From positions 1 to 34,559 of the forward strand of contig MRSU01003466.1 of assembly GCA_008369845.1 (NCBI GenBank): a DNA stretch of 34,559 nt, in the 5' to 3' direction. A model generated the notes under the pieces. The model did no database searches. It worked only from the letters and a program-made list of their open reading frames with translations, and was not told the origin of the DNA. The DNA comes from Trichomonas gallinae (taxonomy: Eukaryota). How positions within the stretch are numbered: position 1 is the first letter of the stretch; the number at the start of each line of letters is the position of its first letter. Both the position numbers and the translations under genes were made by a program. Positions 18,759-33,700 of the stretch are shown piece after piece.

Positions 18759-21700
18759 ATGATTGATGGTTTTCTTGATTTGTACACTGTAAACAATCTC
18801 AAGTCACCATCCATGAAGAAATTCAAGTACAGCACCGAATTCACGGGCAGTGATTTCCTTTATTTAGCATGTTATAATCTGAAAATAACCCCTTCCGAAA
18901 ACTATGTCGTTGTTTACTTCGATGATGCTTTGGTGCAGCATTTTCTGAATAATACTGACCTGTTAAAAAACCAGGAAATCGTTAAAGCTACATCAGTTTT
19001 CATCGTCGACAAGGAAGATACAGGACAAATACTCAATTCAGCGGCATTTTTCTCTCTAAAACTCCGAGTAACACAACAAACACAACAAGCACCAGCTTCG
19101 ATATTGAGCGTAGAACCACAAACTTTTCAAAATCCAAGTCCAATCGCGATTGCAGCAAATGAATATGTCGATTTCAATCTAGGAATTACAGAAGAAGAGG
19201 AAACATTTGAAGGATTAACTCAGATCCCTGTTTATTACAAATTCGAAAATAATATTCGCCCACCATGTGAGTTATTTAAGAACTTCACATTTGAAAGAAC
19301 ATTGCGTTCATGTGTTAAGCATCTTGATTTAGATCCGAACATTGATTACGCTTTATTTATATCGAGAAAAAAACATAATTTAACTCCTTTCAAAGAAATA
19401 AATTCACTAGAGAGCTATGATATTAATGAGGATACCGCGATCCATGTTTTTCCAAAGAAATTTACAGTTCACATTATAACAACTTATGTAAATCGCTTAG
19501 ATATCGAAGTAGAAGCTACAGAATCAGTTGGAGACATTGTAGAACGTATCTGCAAGCAACTTCATTTACATATTTTCCATGATTATACATTGAAAGCTGA
19601 TGATGGAAAGAAATCAATCGAATTAAATCTACAAAAACCAATAATTATGCAAACGAAACAACTAGAGTCGCTTACACTTTACAGAAGGTTCTTTATATTC
19701 TCAAGAGAAGATATAGAATCCCTTGAAAATGCAATTAATGCAATCAACGATGTGAGAAATTACATGCAATACATGAACTTATACTTCGATAAAAATGACA
19801 ACACACAGATGCTGAATATAATTTACTACGCAGTTCAGGCAATGCTCGGACCTTTGGAGGTGAAACATTTTCCTATAGATTTAGAATATTTATTCCCGAA
19901 TTTTCCTTTCCCTGATAACATAATCGAGACAGTAAAACAGAAATTCGCAAAGGTGCAGCCACCAGAGCATAGAGAAAACGCTGCTAGACTGTTTTTAAGG
20001 GAAATTAGAAATGTTCCTGGCTTCGGAGCAAAAGTTTTCAGAGCAATATATACAGATGACGAAGGTGTTGAACATATGAATGAATGCAACGTTGTAGTTA
20101 CACCAATACAGTTGATAATCGCAACAGATCAAATTGAAAAAGTGAACAAAAGCGACGATGTCTATAAATTACAGCTTACTTATAGCCAATTCCGTATAAC
20201 ATCAATGTCACAAAATGAAGTCAGCATAGAATGTCAACAAAATTATGAATCTCAATATTTCGAAATTTCTTTACAGATATTAGATGGAAGAGTCAACGAA
20301 TTCTACGAATGCGCAGTAGAAACAGCCAGAATCATCAAAGAAATCTTCACAGATAGACAAATAAGAAGGTCTCGTGGCGAACTTATATCATTTTCCGCTT
20401 CTTACGACAGAGTCGAGCTTTACACAGCTAAGGACATCAAAGATGACAGGCCACAGCTGTTTACTTACGACAGAACATTAACTGGAGCTCAACTCGCTGA
20501 AGAGGCTGCGAAAAATTTAAAGATTTGGGACGGAAGAACAGAATTTCGTGTATTATTGTACGGATCGACAGAAAACTGCGAATGGTTTGAGCCTTCACAA
20601 CTCATTGCTTCAATTGATCCTAAAAACAGATCAAAAATCATTGTTACGCCGCATTTCATCCACGCGAAAATACACTTCAGCGATGGTGGTTCTAAGGTAA
20701 TCCTCATGGATATGACAATGTATGCAGGCCGAATCGTTGAAATAATTCTTCAAAAAATTAATCATCCACTTTTCTTAGGTTTTGGCTTATATACATATGA
20801 GGATGGAAAAATAGGTGTTCCAATCTTCAACAAATATTACATTCCATCTCAAGTTTGCAAAGTTACGAATTTCTTATTCTTCAGAAGAGTTTTTGTTTTA
20901 TCAAAGGATGACACATTGTCTAAAATAACAAGAAGGCAAGTTTTAAACGATGCAATGTTCTATTTAAAGTACTTCGATGTGCAAATTTCACTTGATCGTT
21001 TCTGGGAATTAATGTTTTTGTTCAATATAGCAACAGAGAGACCAAAACAGAACAAGAAACCAGATGTCGAAGTATTTAAGAAATATCTTCCACTAACTCT
21101 CGAATATACAGTTGAATTATTCGAAAGTTTCAAGAAATTCGCTTTAAGCTATGAAAAGATTGATTCAATGAATGCATCAAAGAGATTCATGAAAGAAGTA
21201 CGTAAAATCAGCGATTTTGGCGCAATTCCATTTATGTGCATCTTCGAAGATAACGCGCCATCATCAATGATGCCAGTTCTCAAAGGCAAAGAGCGTCTTG
21301 TTCGCATTGGTCCACAAAACTTATACCTTTACAGATCAGAAACGGATATTGCGAAAATTTCTTGGTTTGAAATTCGTTACGCGAAACTTTATCAGGGCAA
21401 ATATTTGCGATTAAAACACATACCACCTAAAAGCACCGAAACTAAAATTATTTACATTACTTGCTCGGATCCTTTCCAGTTATGGCTGATAGAGTCATAC
21501 AGAGACGAATTCATCATGACACTCAAAGAGAGGAACAGAAATCACAAGAAATACTCCAAAATCATTCCTAAGATAGAAGAACAGAGAATTGCAGGCACAT
21601 ATATAGATGAAACAGGCAGACGTTTCGAGCCACAAATCGATCTTTATGTCGGCACCAATCCAGCAGTAGGTTCAAATCTCGATAAAGTTTGGTTCGAGAC

Positions 21701-24700
21701 AAGATCATCTTATCAAGACATCTACAACAAAACAATGGATGTTTTGGGCCTCGGCTCGAAAGAAAAATATATTTTGATATTGTATATCAACAGAGTTTCG
21801 TATGTTTTCGATGAAAACCACACATTGGAAGATTACACACCGCCAAGAGAGAGCTTCTTGTTTATGGTCAGAGCAGAGAGAAAAATCAGGTACTCATATC
21901 ATGGCGTTCCAAAGAAAATCACAACAAAAATGCTCGCTGACATTAAAACAGTTACATTTCTTGCGTGCGCTGAGTTTTCCATCGTTGATCCAGAGAACTT
22001 CTTCTTGTACGTCAAAACGAAGGGTGGCAACAGAGAGATGCTTGACAGAAGTTTGATGTTATGCCAGCAGACAACAGGAGGAATAGATATTTATCTGTCA
22101 AGATTTTCTTTCATCATTTCAAAAGATTACATATCTGATGTCAAGTACTTGAGAGAAGTTTATATCTGCTTGAAGGATATTGCTATGTCCAGTCCATGCT
22201 GCGTTTTCACACAGGAGAAACTCATGGCGATGATCGGTTATTCACTTCATCTTGAAGGTTTGAAGCCGTCAGACTTGGAGGATCCTCCAACTCAGTTCTA
22301 TCCAAGGCGATGGGAACCACAAAAGAACGACATGAAACTCATCAAAGAAGCATACAAGAAAACTGCTGATAAATCTCTTCCAGAAATTGTTGCGAGATAT
22401 AGAAAAGCTTGTTTGTCTCTCACTACTTTTTCAGCTGAATATTATTTCGTCAACATTGAATTGGAAGGCGGCCAGTTGATTGATGTTTTTATTGTAATCA
22501 CACGAAAACACATCTGTGTCGTCAAGCCAAAGCCAGCAACATTAATGCTCGATGAAATCGATCTTAAATCAATTTTCTCGATGCAAACAGTAAGACCGCA
22601 AATTCAACAACACAAAATGGCCTTTCTTGCAATCAACTTCGTTGATAAAAGAGGTCAGCCAACAGGAATATTAATGGAAAGCTACGAAATCACAAAAATC
22701 ACAAACTCAATTATGGCAAAAGTCGATGCAATCAAATCCAAATTGCTCAAAAATATAAGAAGAGGAGATTCAAAGAAAATCAATTCTGAATATGACATGC
22801 CAACAAAATTCATCAACGAGTTGAACACAGACTTAGAACCATACAAGATCAAGTTGCCACTTTACTTCACGAAGAAAGATATAATCGCGAAAGTTGTCAA
22901 AGAAAGAGAACTTTGTGATTTATTCGAATACGAGCTGTTGATTTCAATCGGCATCGGTAAATACGAGATCTTCGATGACAGCACACATTTATGCTACAAA
23001 TATCTCAATACTGCAACAGAAATAATTTTAATCCAGAAATATTATCTTTGCACTTTTACGGATGACAGAGGAACCGAAATTAATCTCACTGTTGACATTT
23101 CCAAGCCAGTCAAAGACATTATCGCAATACTAGGAAGTGCTTTCAACATTGATTATTATTTAGGATACATGATTGTTGACAGAAGTGGCGAAAGTGAGAA
23201 AATTTTGAGTCCACTTCAGCCTTTGGCTTCTCAAACTCAAAATTTCAAAAAGTTATATTTCACGTTGATGTTCTTCCCTCCATTCACAAAATACGACATG
23301 CAGCTTCCTCATTCGAAGAGAGAATTATTCGAATTATACAAAAACGCAGTTTTGACACAAGACTTGCATTTAGAAACAAGCAACGTGATTTTGTTCGCTT
23401 TGCTTCAGCACAACGTCGAATGCAGGAATAATCTCGAATACGACATCAAGCCGAAATCTTTCACGACTTACTTGACAAAAGGAATGGAAGATGATCCTGC
23501 TTATCTTAAAGATCTGAATGGATTCATTTCGAAATTCAAGTACATGGGCTCTGATGTTGCCGCAACGAAATACATCGAAAACGCTTTGGCATTAAGAAAA
23601 ATCGGCATTTACAAGTTCAAGATCAGTTTATTGGAACGCGAGAAAGAGAAAACTGTTTTGAGTTCATGCAAGATCGAAATTTCATACAATGGAATTGTTG
23701 CAACGAAAGGTTCTGGATCGGTTATATTCAAATGCTCATTGAGAGACATCAGATCTGTTTTGATCTGCAAAGATATCATTTATATCGGCTCAATGGACAT
23801 CACGAAACGTCAATATCACGATATTACGTTAAGAGGCGAGAAAGCACAAATGATCGAACAAATCTTAACGAGCTACTTGAAATACATGTTACCATTAGTT
23901 GACATTCGCGAGTACTATCAAGAGAACCAGAAGAAATATGTCGATCAAGTTTTCAAAGAAGATACAATCACTCTCAACATGTGCAGAAGGTTCGATAATC
24001 CGATATCGATCAAGATAACAATCGAAAAGAATAAACTAATGACCGATCTACTCAATGCTGCAGGAATATTCGCAGGAATCATTGACACAAACAATTATGT
24101 TCTTTTCGCAAGAGCTCCTGATGCAACAACTGTTTTTCCAATTGACATCAAGCAGCAAATCGTCAGCCAACTCAAAGATGACTATTATTTTTACCTCATT
24201 GCAAGAACGAAGCAAATTTATGTCCATCTTCCTGTTTACTACCTCAAAGTTCTCAAAGAAGTCGACATTAGACAAAACATCAACGACTTGATTTTCACGA
24301 TCATGAAAGAGAACAAACTTGGTATTTCAGAAAGCTTCACATTCCAAATCAGATCATCGCCGAACTTATTGTTGACTTTAGATCCATATAAACCATTGTA
24401 TTCTGATTCGATGACCATATCAGATTATTATCTTGTTAGAAGAGTTTTCATTTTCTCGTCACAATATTTCATGGATGATAATACTCTTTATCACATCCAC
24501 TACAATCTCCAAGAGTTCATTTCTAAATACAATCCAGATATTTCAGATGAAGAAAGCTCAGAATTACAAGCAATCAATGTTTTCATTCAGTCAAGAGAAA
24601 AAGATCCATACAAGAAAGAATACATGAAAAGAGTTTGCCCGGATTTGAGATTTATCACTCCAGAATCGAAAGTATATTTCACAGACAGACTCGCTGAATT

Positions 24701-27700
24701 CAAACGTGATAACGATTCAACGAAAGCTCTCTTGAGGCATCTTTACTTGATTGCGAATATTCCTGGATTCGGAACAGAAAAGTATGAGTGCATGTTTGCT
24801 GGATCTCCCGGTTTTCTTGTTATTTCTCCTTACGAAATCAAGTTTATAGATCACGAAAACAATGCAACAATGCTTGACGTTGAAAGCGAAAGCCTTAAAG
24901 AAGTAGGAATCGCGAATAATTCAATATCGATTCATTTCAGCAATAATGGACGAAATAAATCAATACAACTTTCAGCTGTTGAAAACACAATCGAAGCTTT
25001 CAGATTACTGAACTTCATCATTCACTTGATCAACAGCTCTCAAATGTTAACTTCTCTCGAATTATTAAATGAAGAACTTCAATATAACATGAATCCACCG
25101 AAACAATTGAAGCTTCAATCATCATCAGAAAAGTTTTCTTTCGATTCGAATTCAGGAGTTTCACCTTCAATTTCTTCTCCAGCTTTGGAAGTCTTCGACA
25201 CAAAAGAAGATATCGAGGATTTCCAGCCAGAAATTCTCAATTTCGATGACCTTCAAAAGACAGAAATCAACATTGTTGCAATCGATCTCGATCAAGAAAC
25301 TAAGCTACAATCTGATGGACATGATCAAAAAATTGCATTCTGGAGAATGAATAATGACATTTTCTTCTTGAGGAGGATGATTAACAATATCACAGCAATC
25401 ACAAAATATGCTGAAAATGTTAAAAGGGACAAGGAATATTGGTCTCCTGAAGATGTTAAAATGATGGAACAGAAAATCAAATCATGCATCAATGTTGATG
25501 CTAAAGTCAAAGATGAATATATCTACAAATACGAACAAATCCTCTTAAACCTCAATTTCAACAACGATAAAATGCTCAGCCAATACTTTACTGAATCAGA
25601 GGAGAGAATTTTCATCATGAGGAGCAAATTATCTGCACTCAAAGATGAACCAATCGATTTATCAAATCTGACGGAAGAAGAACAAAATTTGGTCCACGAG
25701 TTGCTTAATTTCGTCGAGAAATCTGAAAATCTTCAGCACAATTTCTTCATGAGGGCTTACGAATTCGCAATGAAAGGATTCCAGCCAGGAACAATGATCC
25801 ATATTCTCAACAAAGCCTCTTTCGAATTAAACGAAGCAATTTTGCAGTTCTGCAAAGATAGAAAAATATCAAACATCGTTGAAACAAAAGAGAAATCGAT
25901 CAACTTAATTGACCAAATTATTCCTACAATTTTCATTCCATGTATGGATTCAAACTTGAATATAGACATTTCTGTTACAGATTTCATTGATCAGTACAAT
26001 CAAATTAAGAAGGCTTACAGAGAAGTTTCAAGATACTTGCATCATATCAATGTTAAGAACTTGAACAACATCATCAATGATCATATTAACGGAGCTAAAG
26101 AATGTATTGAGCGCATCGAAGAACTTATATTGCTAATCATGCCAAGATTGACCGGAACAGATCTACACATGAGTCTTTTAATCAAATTCATGCTGGCGAA
26201 TTCTCTCAAAAGGATTGATATAGACAAACTCGATGATTTCAATCAACCAACGATAGAAATTTATTCGTCATTAATCATGAAATGCAGGAGATTGCTAAGA
26301 TTTGGAATTGATATTCATTTCGCACAAAAATCAGAGAACAAAGATTTCGTTGTTGAAGCAAACAAAGCTCTTCAAAAGCTAGACAATCATATCAAATATA
26401 TTTCATCAATCAATATCTTACCTTTGAACATAGCCAATGTTGTCAATAGACTCTATGAGCTTGAAAACTTCTTAAGTGCAGCCTGCTATATCAACAAATA
26501 CATCGAAGAAGATGTAAGAATACAGCCAATGATATTTAATATCAATAATTACATCGATATATTGAATAGTGTGGCAGCATCTACTGATACATATATATTT
26601 GTCACACAATCAATTTTCAAGATACAGGAGCTTGTTTCTAAGATTCCTGTTGAATTAGCAAAGTACGAGTCAATTATCAAAGACTATGACCTTCCTGAAA
26701 TATTGTATCATCATATGGCGATCTTGAAAGATAACATCATGCATAATTTGCTTAGATTATGCGCTAATGATGATTTCTTCTATGATGAAGACGAATTCCC
26801 ACAATTGAAAGAATTCTTAAGTGTTTCTTCTTATCTTTACAGTTTGTCACCTTCTTTGGCGACAGATACAGCTGATCCTGATCAAGCATTCACTGATTGC
26901 TTTATCACAATCAAAGAATATTTCTACAGATCAATGAATGTTCGCTCATTATTATCACAAACATATGATGAAGTAGCTGTTACAAGATTCATGAGTGATC
27001 TCAAAGGTAAACTCGACAACATCATCAAACAGATACAATACATTCATGTTTCTGATTTCTCAAATAAAATGCTACATCTTTGTGAAGAAGCCATCAACAG
27101 ATTCTTCGATTATTCTGCAACACATAAACCGAAGAAACTCAGATCAGTTCCTACACAATCACAAATCGACAAAGCAGTCGAAGTCGTTAATATGATAATC
27201 AAACGATTAGAAGAAGATATGAACACGCCAGATTTCACCACTATTTTATCGAACAAACTCACAGCGCAGGACGAAATCAAAGGATTCAAGAATCTACTCG
27301 CTAAAGTCGAAGAACAAAGAGATAAACGCAGCATTGATTTATACAAAATTTTGAAGAAAGTTGCCCAGAAAATGCATGGTTTGTCAATTAAAGTTATTTC
27401 GACATCTTTCGCATCAGAACACGAAGATTTCTTTGAACAAATCTATAAAGAAATCAAACACATCAAATCCAGTTGCACAACATCACTCAAAGATACGAAA
27501 TTGTTAATGAAAGAATTTGTTGATCATTTAATTAAATTCGAGTCAATTCCATTATTCAAATCATCTCTTGAACATATGCCGGAGATACTCAGTTTATATC
27601 AAAATGTCGAAAGCTATCCATATCCAATCGCCATGGCACACAGACAGTTCTTGAAGCACGTCAAAGTTCAACTCAAGACTTTGATGGACGATAAAACAAG

Positions 27701-30700
27701 TTTATCATTCATGCCATTCTCAGAATTCGATTCAATTCTTAAACTCTTGGATAGATTGATCACATCCATTGATTACCTTCCATATCTTAGAGTTCCACCT
27801 GAGCTGAATTTGGCATTAGTCGACTTGAATTCAAAGAGAATGTTCGAGCATGTAAAGCAACAAATCAAGCTTCTACCAGACGTATTCAACAGGCTTGTCA
27901 TCAACGGAAATATTCTCTTCTATCCAAATATGCTTGCTTACCAAGAAACAATCAGAACAGCAATCGAGAAATTCATTTCATTGACGGAAAATGAAAAATA
28001 CGACGAACTCATGGATTACTTCGAACCCTTCGACGACATCCTTCATAATCTTGAGTTGTATTTGACAATTTCTAAAGACACATTCGCTCAAAACTACTTC
28101 TTCACCTTGACGCAAAACCTCATCACATACAAGAAGTATCAGTCTTCACCTCACATTGATTCGCTCAATATTTCTATTTTCCATAAAGACATGAACGATG
28201 TTTTAGAGTCAGTTAATGAAAATGCCAATCCTAACAATTCTAAAGAGAACGAAATGCTAGCATCACAAATCAAACTTCTTATTGATATGAAAGATTACGA
28301 AGAAGCTCAAGCATCAGTTAACGAATTCTTCGATAATTACATCAAAATTTGCAAGAATTCAGAAAAGTCCGTTCATGTCAGAAAAGAAGCCTTTAGAGCC
28401 TGTTTCAGGATGCTGCCTTATTCCAACTTCAACACAGGCATTGTTATTCCTTATCTATTCGCTCCTGATTCAAACATCCAGGATCAGATCAATTCATTTA
28501 TTGAATACAACAGCTTATCAATAAGGGAAGGCCTCAAATTTATCAACAACAACATAAATTATTGGCCAATAACTGTTTGTGATAATCTTCACAGATTGCC
28601 AAGTTATATTAATGAAAACTGTCCATCTTCTGTGGCTAATTTCGTTATGTTAAGAGCTTTGGCAAAGTTATCTAACGAGAAAACAATCATCAACAACTTA
28701 AGAATAGTTTTGAACAAGATTTTACGTGATGCATTACACAAGATGCCATTCTCCAATGAATTATTTTTGGATCTTCTTGATAACTTCAATACTTTCGACG
28801 TTTCAAACTACATTTTCGGAATATTAGTCGAAATAAATGCAAATATCAGCTTCGATCAGAATCCTTATTTCGATCCAACAGAATTCTATTTCGGAATGTA
28901 TCAGGCTGTTGCTTGCTACGCTGATTTATTCTACTGCTTGTCATCTAAATTAGTCACATTGTTAGATAAGCACAAAGAAATTGATGCAAGAGTCAAACAG
29001 TTCATTACATCAGCAACAGATTGCATTTTATTCGGAATCAGAACAGTTCACATCAGACCGCGTTCATTGATAACATTAGTTGAGTTAGTCAAAGATTATG
29101 AAGACAATCTTCACTCATCATTCATCGAAAGACTTGAAGATGCAAACATGAAGTCGCAACTGAATTCAATAATCAACGACTTCAAATATCTCAGAAGTTT
29201 CTTGCTTCATTCATTATATACTGCGAAGCCATCAGATTCGATTCTGCCTCCATTCATCTTGACAATTGTTTATTCAATGAAGTATTGCGTCAAGAGGATG
29301 AACGCAGATTCATGCAGGCTAATTAAAGCTGTGATTGGATCAGCATTAGATTTCTTGGAAGTATCATTGAGCAAGTCAAAGCTGCAGGAAATCATTTTGC
29401 TACTCAGAAACATACAAACAGAATTCACCAAACTTAGTGAAACTAACACAGAAAATTTCATCAAATCAGTCAATGAAATGTGTGACAAGATTCTCCAAGA
29501 CAAGGATTCGATTTCTCAATACAGAGAGAATTGTGCGAAAATCTTCAAGTCACCAACAAAAGATCCCAGGTTGGCAATTTTGGATACGAAAGTCAAAGCT
29601 TTACCAGATCTCAAAGGCAAAGAAAAAATCAAAGAATTCCCAATACCAAAGAGATTATTCAAGTCAATCAGATCAATACAGACATACGAGCAAAACGAGT
29701 TAATCGACGCGCCAATGATTGCATCGAAAGTCTTGAAGCGAGGATTGATTCATTCGCAAAACTTGTTGATAACAATTCAGTCAATTGCTGCAATGATTAT
29801 ATTAGCACAAGAGCGTCCTGAGTCATTCATTACAATTGCTCAGCTCCAGGCTCTACAAACAGCAGCGCCAACAGATATCGCTGTTATATATGATTCGTTA
29901 ATTTTGAAAGTTAAATCTTCATCAACGATGAGCGAATTTATTAAATTAACAAGAAAGATAACAAGAGAAGAAGCAATTTATCTTCATCTCTCTTTGTTGC
30001 TTCAATGCAAGACAAAGATAGAAGTCGATAACAAAGATAGTGAACAAATTATTGATCTGATCAATCTATCAAAGCTTACAACAATTCCTGAGAATGTTGA
30101 GCATTTCAATATTATCGATAAATATCAGCAAAAGTTAACAGATCATTACTCGAATCTTGTTGAAGTGATGAATATCTTGATAATGCATTATTTGATTGCC
30201 CTTAATTTCCATGTATTGCCAAAAGTTCCTGATGAGATTTCAAAGAGCAAACTCAGAATTACAGCAACAACAATCAAATCTATTTTGAATTTGATATCAT
30301 TCCCGATGATATTCATTTCAGCGATCATATCTTTGGATAGAGAAACAGTTGCAATCATCGACAAATTTATCATAAAATGTTTAGAATATTTCAGGAAACA
30401 AAACACAATTAAATCATTCGACGAAATGACAGAACCAGTCATTTATCAGTGGAATGATATTAACAGCGAGATGAACATTGATGTCATATCTGATGTTGTT
30501 AGAATTCTCAATTCACAGTTTATTCTCTACAGCAACATGACATTAGTTTTCTCAGTCGCATCAAAGATTTTGACCGATATTAATGTTTCTACGACTGTTA
30601 TAACGGAAATCGACTTAGATTATTCAGTTGATACACTTAAATCCATCTTGATTGATAATGATTACAACACTTTCGTTACAAAACAAACGAGCCACAAGGC

Positions 30701-33700
30701 AGCTTTGTTATGCACGATTTATTCTTTCATGGAGAAATCATTCGAAAAAGGCATCACTTCAGATTTATCCATTCTACCTTTAATCACACAAACAGAAGAT
30801 TATGTCACTAAATTCAGGACAATGAAGACTTATTACATCATGAACAAATCCAGGAAGTGCTTAATCAACCAATTCAACGAATATTCAATCATAGCAAGAG
30901 ACATTTTGAGGATCAATAAGTTCATGCCTGTTTTGATGAAGGCAAGAATAATACATCCAAATGCTTCACCATTAGGCGACATAGAGAAGAGAGTTGCAAT
31001 CACAGAGAACTTCAACATCAAAGACCAGCCAATAGCAGTTCTCAATGCTTACTTGAAGTTCTTCTATCCAGGGATGCTCACAGATCAGTTTATTACAGAG
31101 TTCTCCAAGACTCAACAATTGTTAGTGAGAATAATGTTATCATATCTCGACGGAAAAGAATCTACATTTATTGGCATCGATGACATGATGTCTTACATGA
31201 AGATAATCAAGCAGCAGAAGCTCCAGAATTCAGTTAGAACGCACATAAGGAAATTCATGCTAGAAAGATGGAAGAGGTTCGATCCACTGGAAATCATGGA
31301 CTTAAAGATGCCAACTGCAATAGAACAAAACAACGCATTCTTGAAATTATCGCAAAACATTTTAGATCAGACTCCAGTTGATTTCTATCCAGAGCAGATG
31401 ATTTTGGAAAGATTGGCAATGATGGCATCAGATATAATTGCAAGCGATGTTACAACAATCGACCAATATATCACTTATCTCAAAAATACAATGCTCGAAT
31501 CAATTCCATTAAATGAAATCAAAGATGATCCACTAGATGCACATCAGATAGAAAATGAACTAAAATTATTAGAAGACAATGAAAGAATTTTGTTATTGAA
31601 GGAAGATTTAATATTAGTATATTCTGATATAAGCAAGAGGCCACATGATTTGAACCAAATCAATTTAACATTCTTGGACATTTTCATCGGAATTCAGAAC
31701 ATTTTCTTGATTTTATCTTCGCAAACAGATGCCCAAAACTCATCAGTCATAAGTCAACTGAGCCATCATGAGATTTCTGTTCTTTATGTGATGCTCAAAC
31801 TCTTCTTCATGGCTCCACTTCAAAAGTCGTCAATTAATATGAATGATTTCTTGAAATTCGAAGGATTCAATCAGACATTAAATGCAATGATAGCCCAGAA
31901 CTCAGAAGTCGATAAATTAATGACAAAATTCAAGTATTCGATCACAGAGATTGCTCCAATTACATTAAATGTACAATCAGAGTCGAAGAAGAATTTGATC
32001 GAAAGGTTATCATTCGAAGCATTGACTGTCTTAGAAGAAATAATTTTGTCAAGAGGACCAGCATCAACAGAACTATTAGAGAAACTTTTCGCTAAAGCAG
32101 CTCAACTAATTCCTTTCTTTGTCGACAGCAAGGACATCAAGATACAAGAAATGCTTGACAATATCTATGAAATCGCTCAGTTCACAATGAATATTCCTCA
32201 TATAAATGAAAATTCTGTCTATCAGATCTACAAATCTGCCCTTTCTAACTTCTTCTTGTTGCTTTTGTCATTATGCAAGCGCTTCATATCGAACAGAGTC
32301 AAGTTTTACGAGATGTATTTGAACTCAATTGAGTCGTACAATATGGAGCAGTTGTTTGTTTCTATTCATCACGTATCAGAAGATTTGCCTGAATATCAAA
32401 TTGCTCCATATAGAGCCAGAATTTTGGACAGATTCATTAATAACAGAAAGATGACAGAAGATGATTTCCACAGCGTTTCATCGCCTTCCAAGCAGATAAG
32501 AGAGTTATTGAGGCAGAGCACAATAGATGTCTTCGATGCTTATCAAAATGTCGAGAAACCATTTGAGCCATTCCAGGATTATGATATTGAAGAAGAAGAT
32601 TCAATACTCAAACTCTGTGTTTTCGTTCTCAAACTTTGCACAACAAAGATTCCACGCTCTAAAGCGAGAATCATCAAACAAGTCATCCAGAATGTTGCGA
32701 TTTTGTTCTATTTGAGAAATTATGATTTGGCTGATTTTGCTAAATCAATTGTTAATTTCTTGAGACAAACATTGACAGAATTCATTGATCTTAAAGAAGA
32801 AGACAGTGAAAGCTTCTTGTTAAGATCAACTGCTGGCGTTTTCCTGTTCCTATGCTTGATGACAGCAAACGACAGATCAACAACAGACCAATATCTAAAA
32901 CGTGAAAGAGTTGCTTCGAATTTGGTCAATTTCGAAGGCTATTTCAAAGAATTCTCTCAGTCACTTGATATCAATCACATCCAGACGTTCAACACTTGCC
33001 TCGGCAGCCTTAAACGCTGCTACTCCGTCAAACAAAACGTTGAACAACTTTTGAACATTGTTTTGTTGAGTATTGATCCATTGAATGAATTGCACCACGA
33101 AATCCCGAACGATTACAGAGAGAAGCCAACAGTTAAAGCTATACAAGAATCACAAGATCGTTGCCAGGCAGAAATAGAAGCTATAATTACACAGAACTCG
33201 ACATACAAGTCAAGCATCGTCAAACACATCACGAATCACATTTCATTGCTTATGGCTTTCTCATTCTACGAATACGATGACTCACGAATACAGTTAATCG
33301 CACTAGCTTCAACACTCTATAATCAGATCAACACAAATCTGATGAATAACAGTGAGGCATCTTTGAATGATTTCTTGCAGCTTTCTGATTCTATGATCAA
33401 CGCAATGAATATCATTCAATCATACAAAGACCCAGATCTAACAAAAGACACACGCGAGTGTTTGACAGCTCTGCACATCGCTGAGAGAGACTTCTTGATC
33501 GAGAAGAATCAGAAGAACTTAGTTGCTGTGCACGCGATGAGGCAAATGGGAGAAGCGATAATGAATGGAAAAGTCTCGCCGAAGAAGGCGATGGAGACAA
33601 TAGAAGCCATCACATCATTCGGATTCGTTTTCATGATGATCATTGTCATCAGTGAAACATGCGACATTGATCAGTCACTCCTTAGCAAGGCTAAACTCAT

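Noticed and set aside
446..33600. The many 60-147-aa ORFs antisense to or overlapping the long genes (e.g. 5175-5618, 4437-4790, 11876-12256)
   Set aside because: Shadow ORFs caused by codon bias of the real genes. They are S/F-rich, mostly have non-ATG starts and show no motifs.
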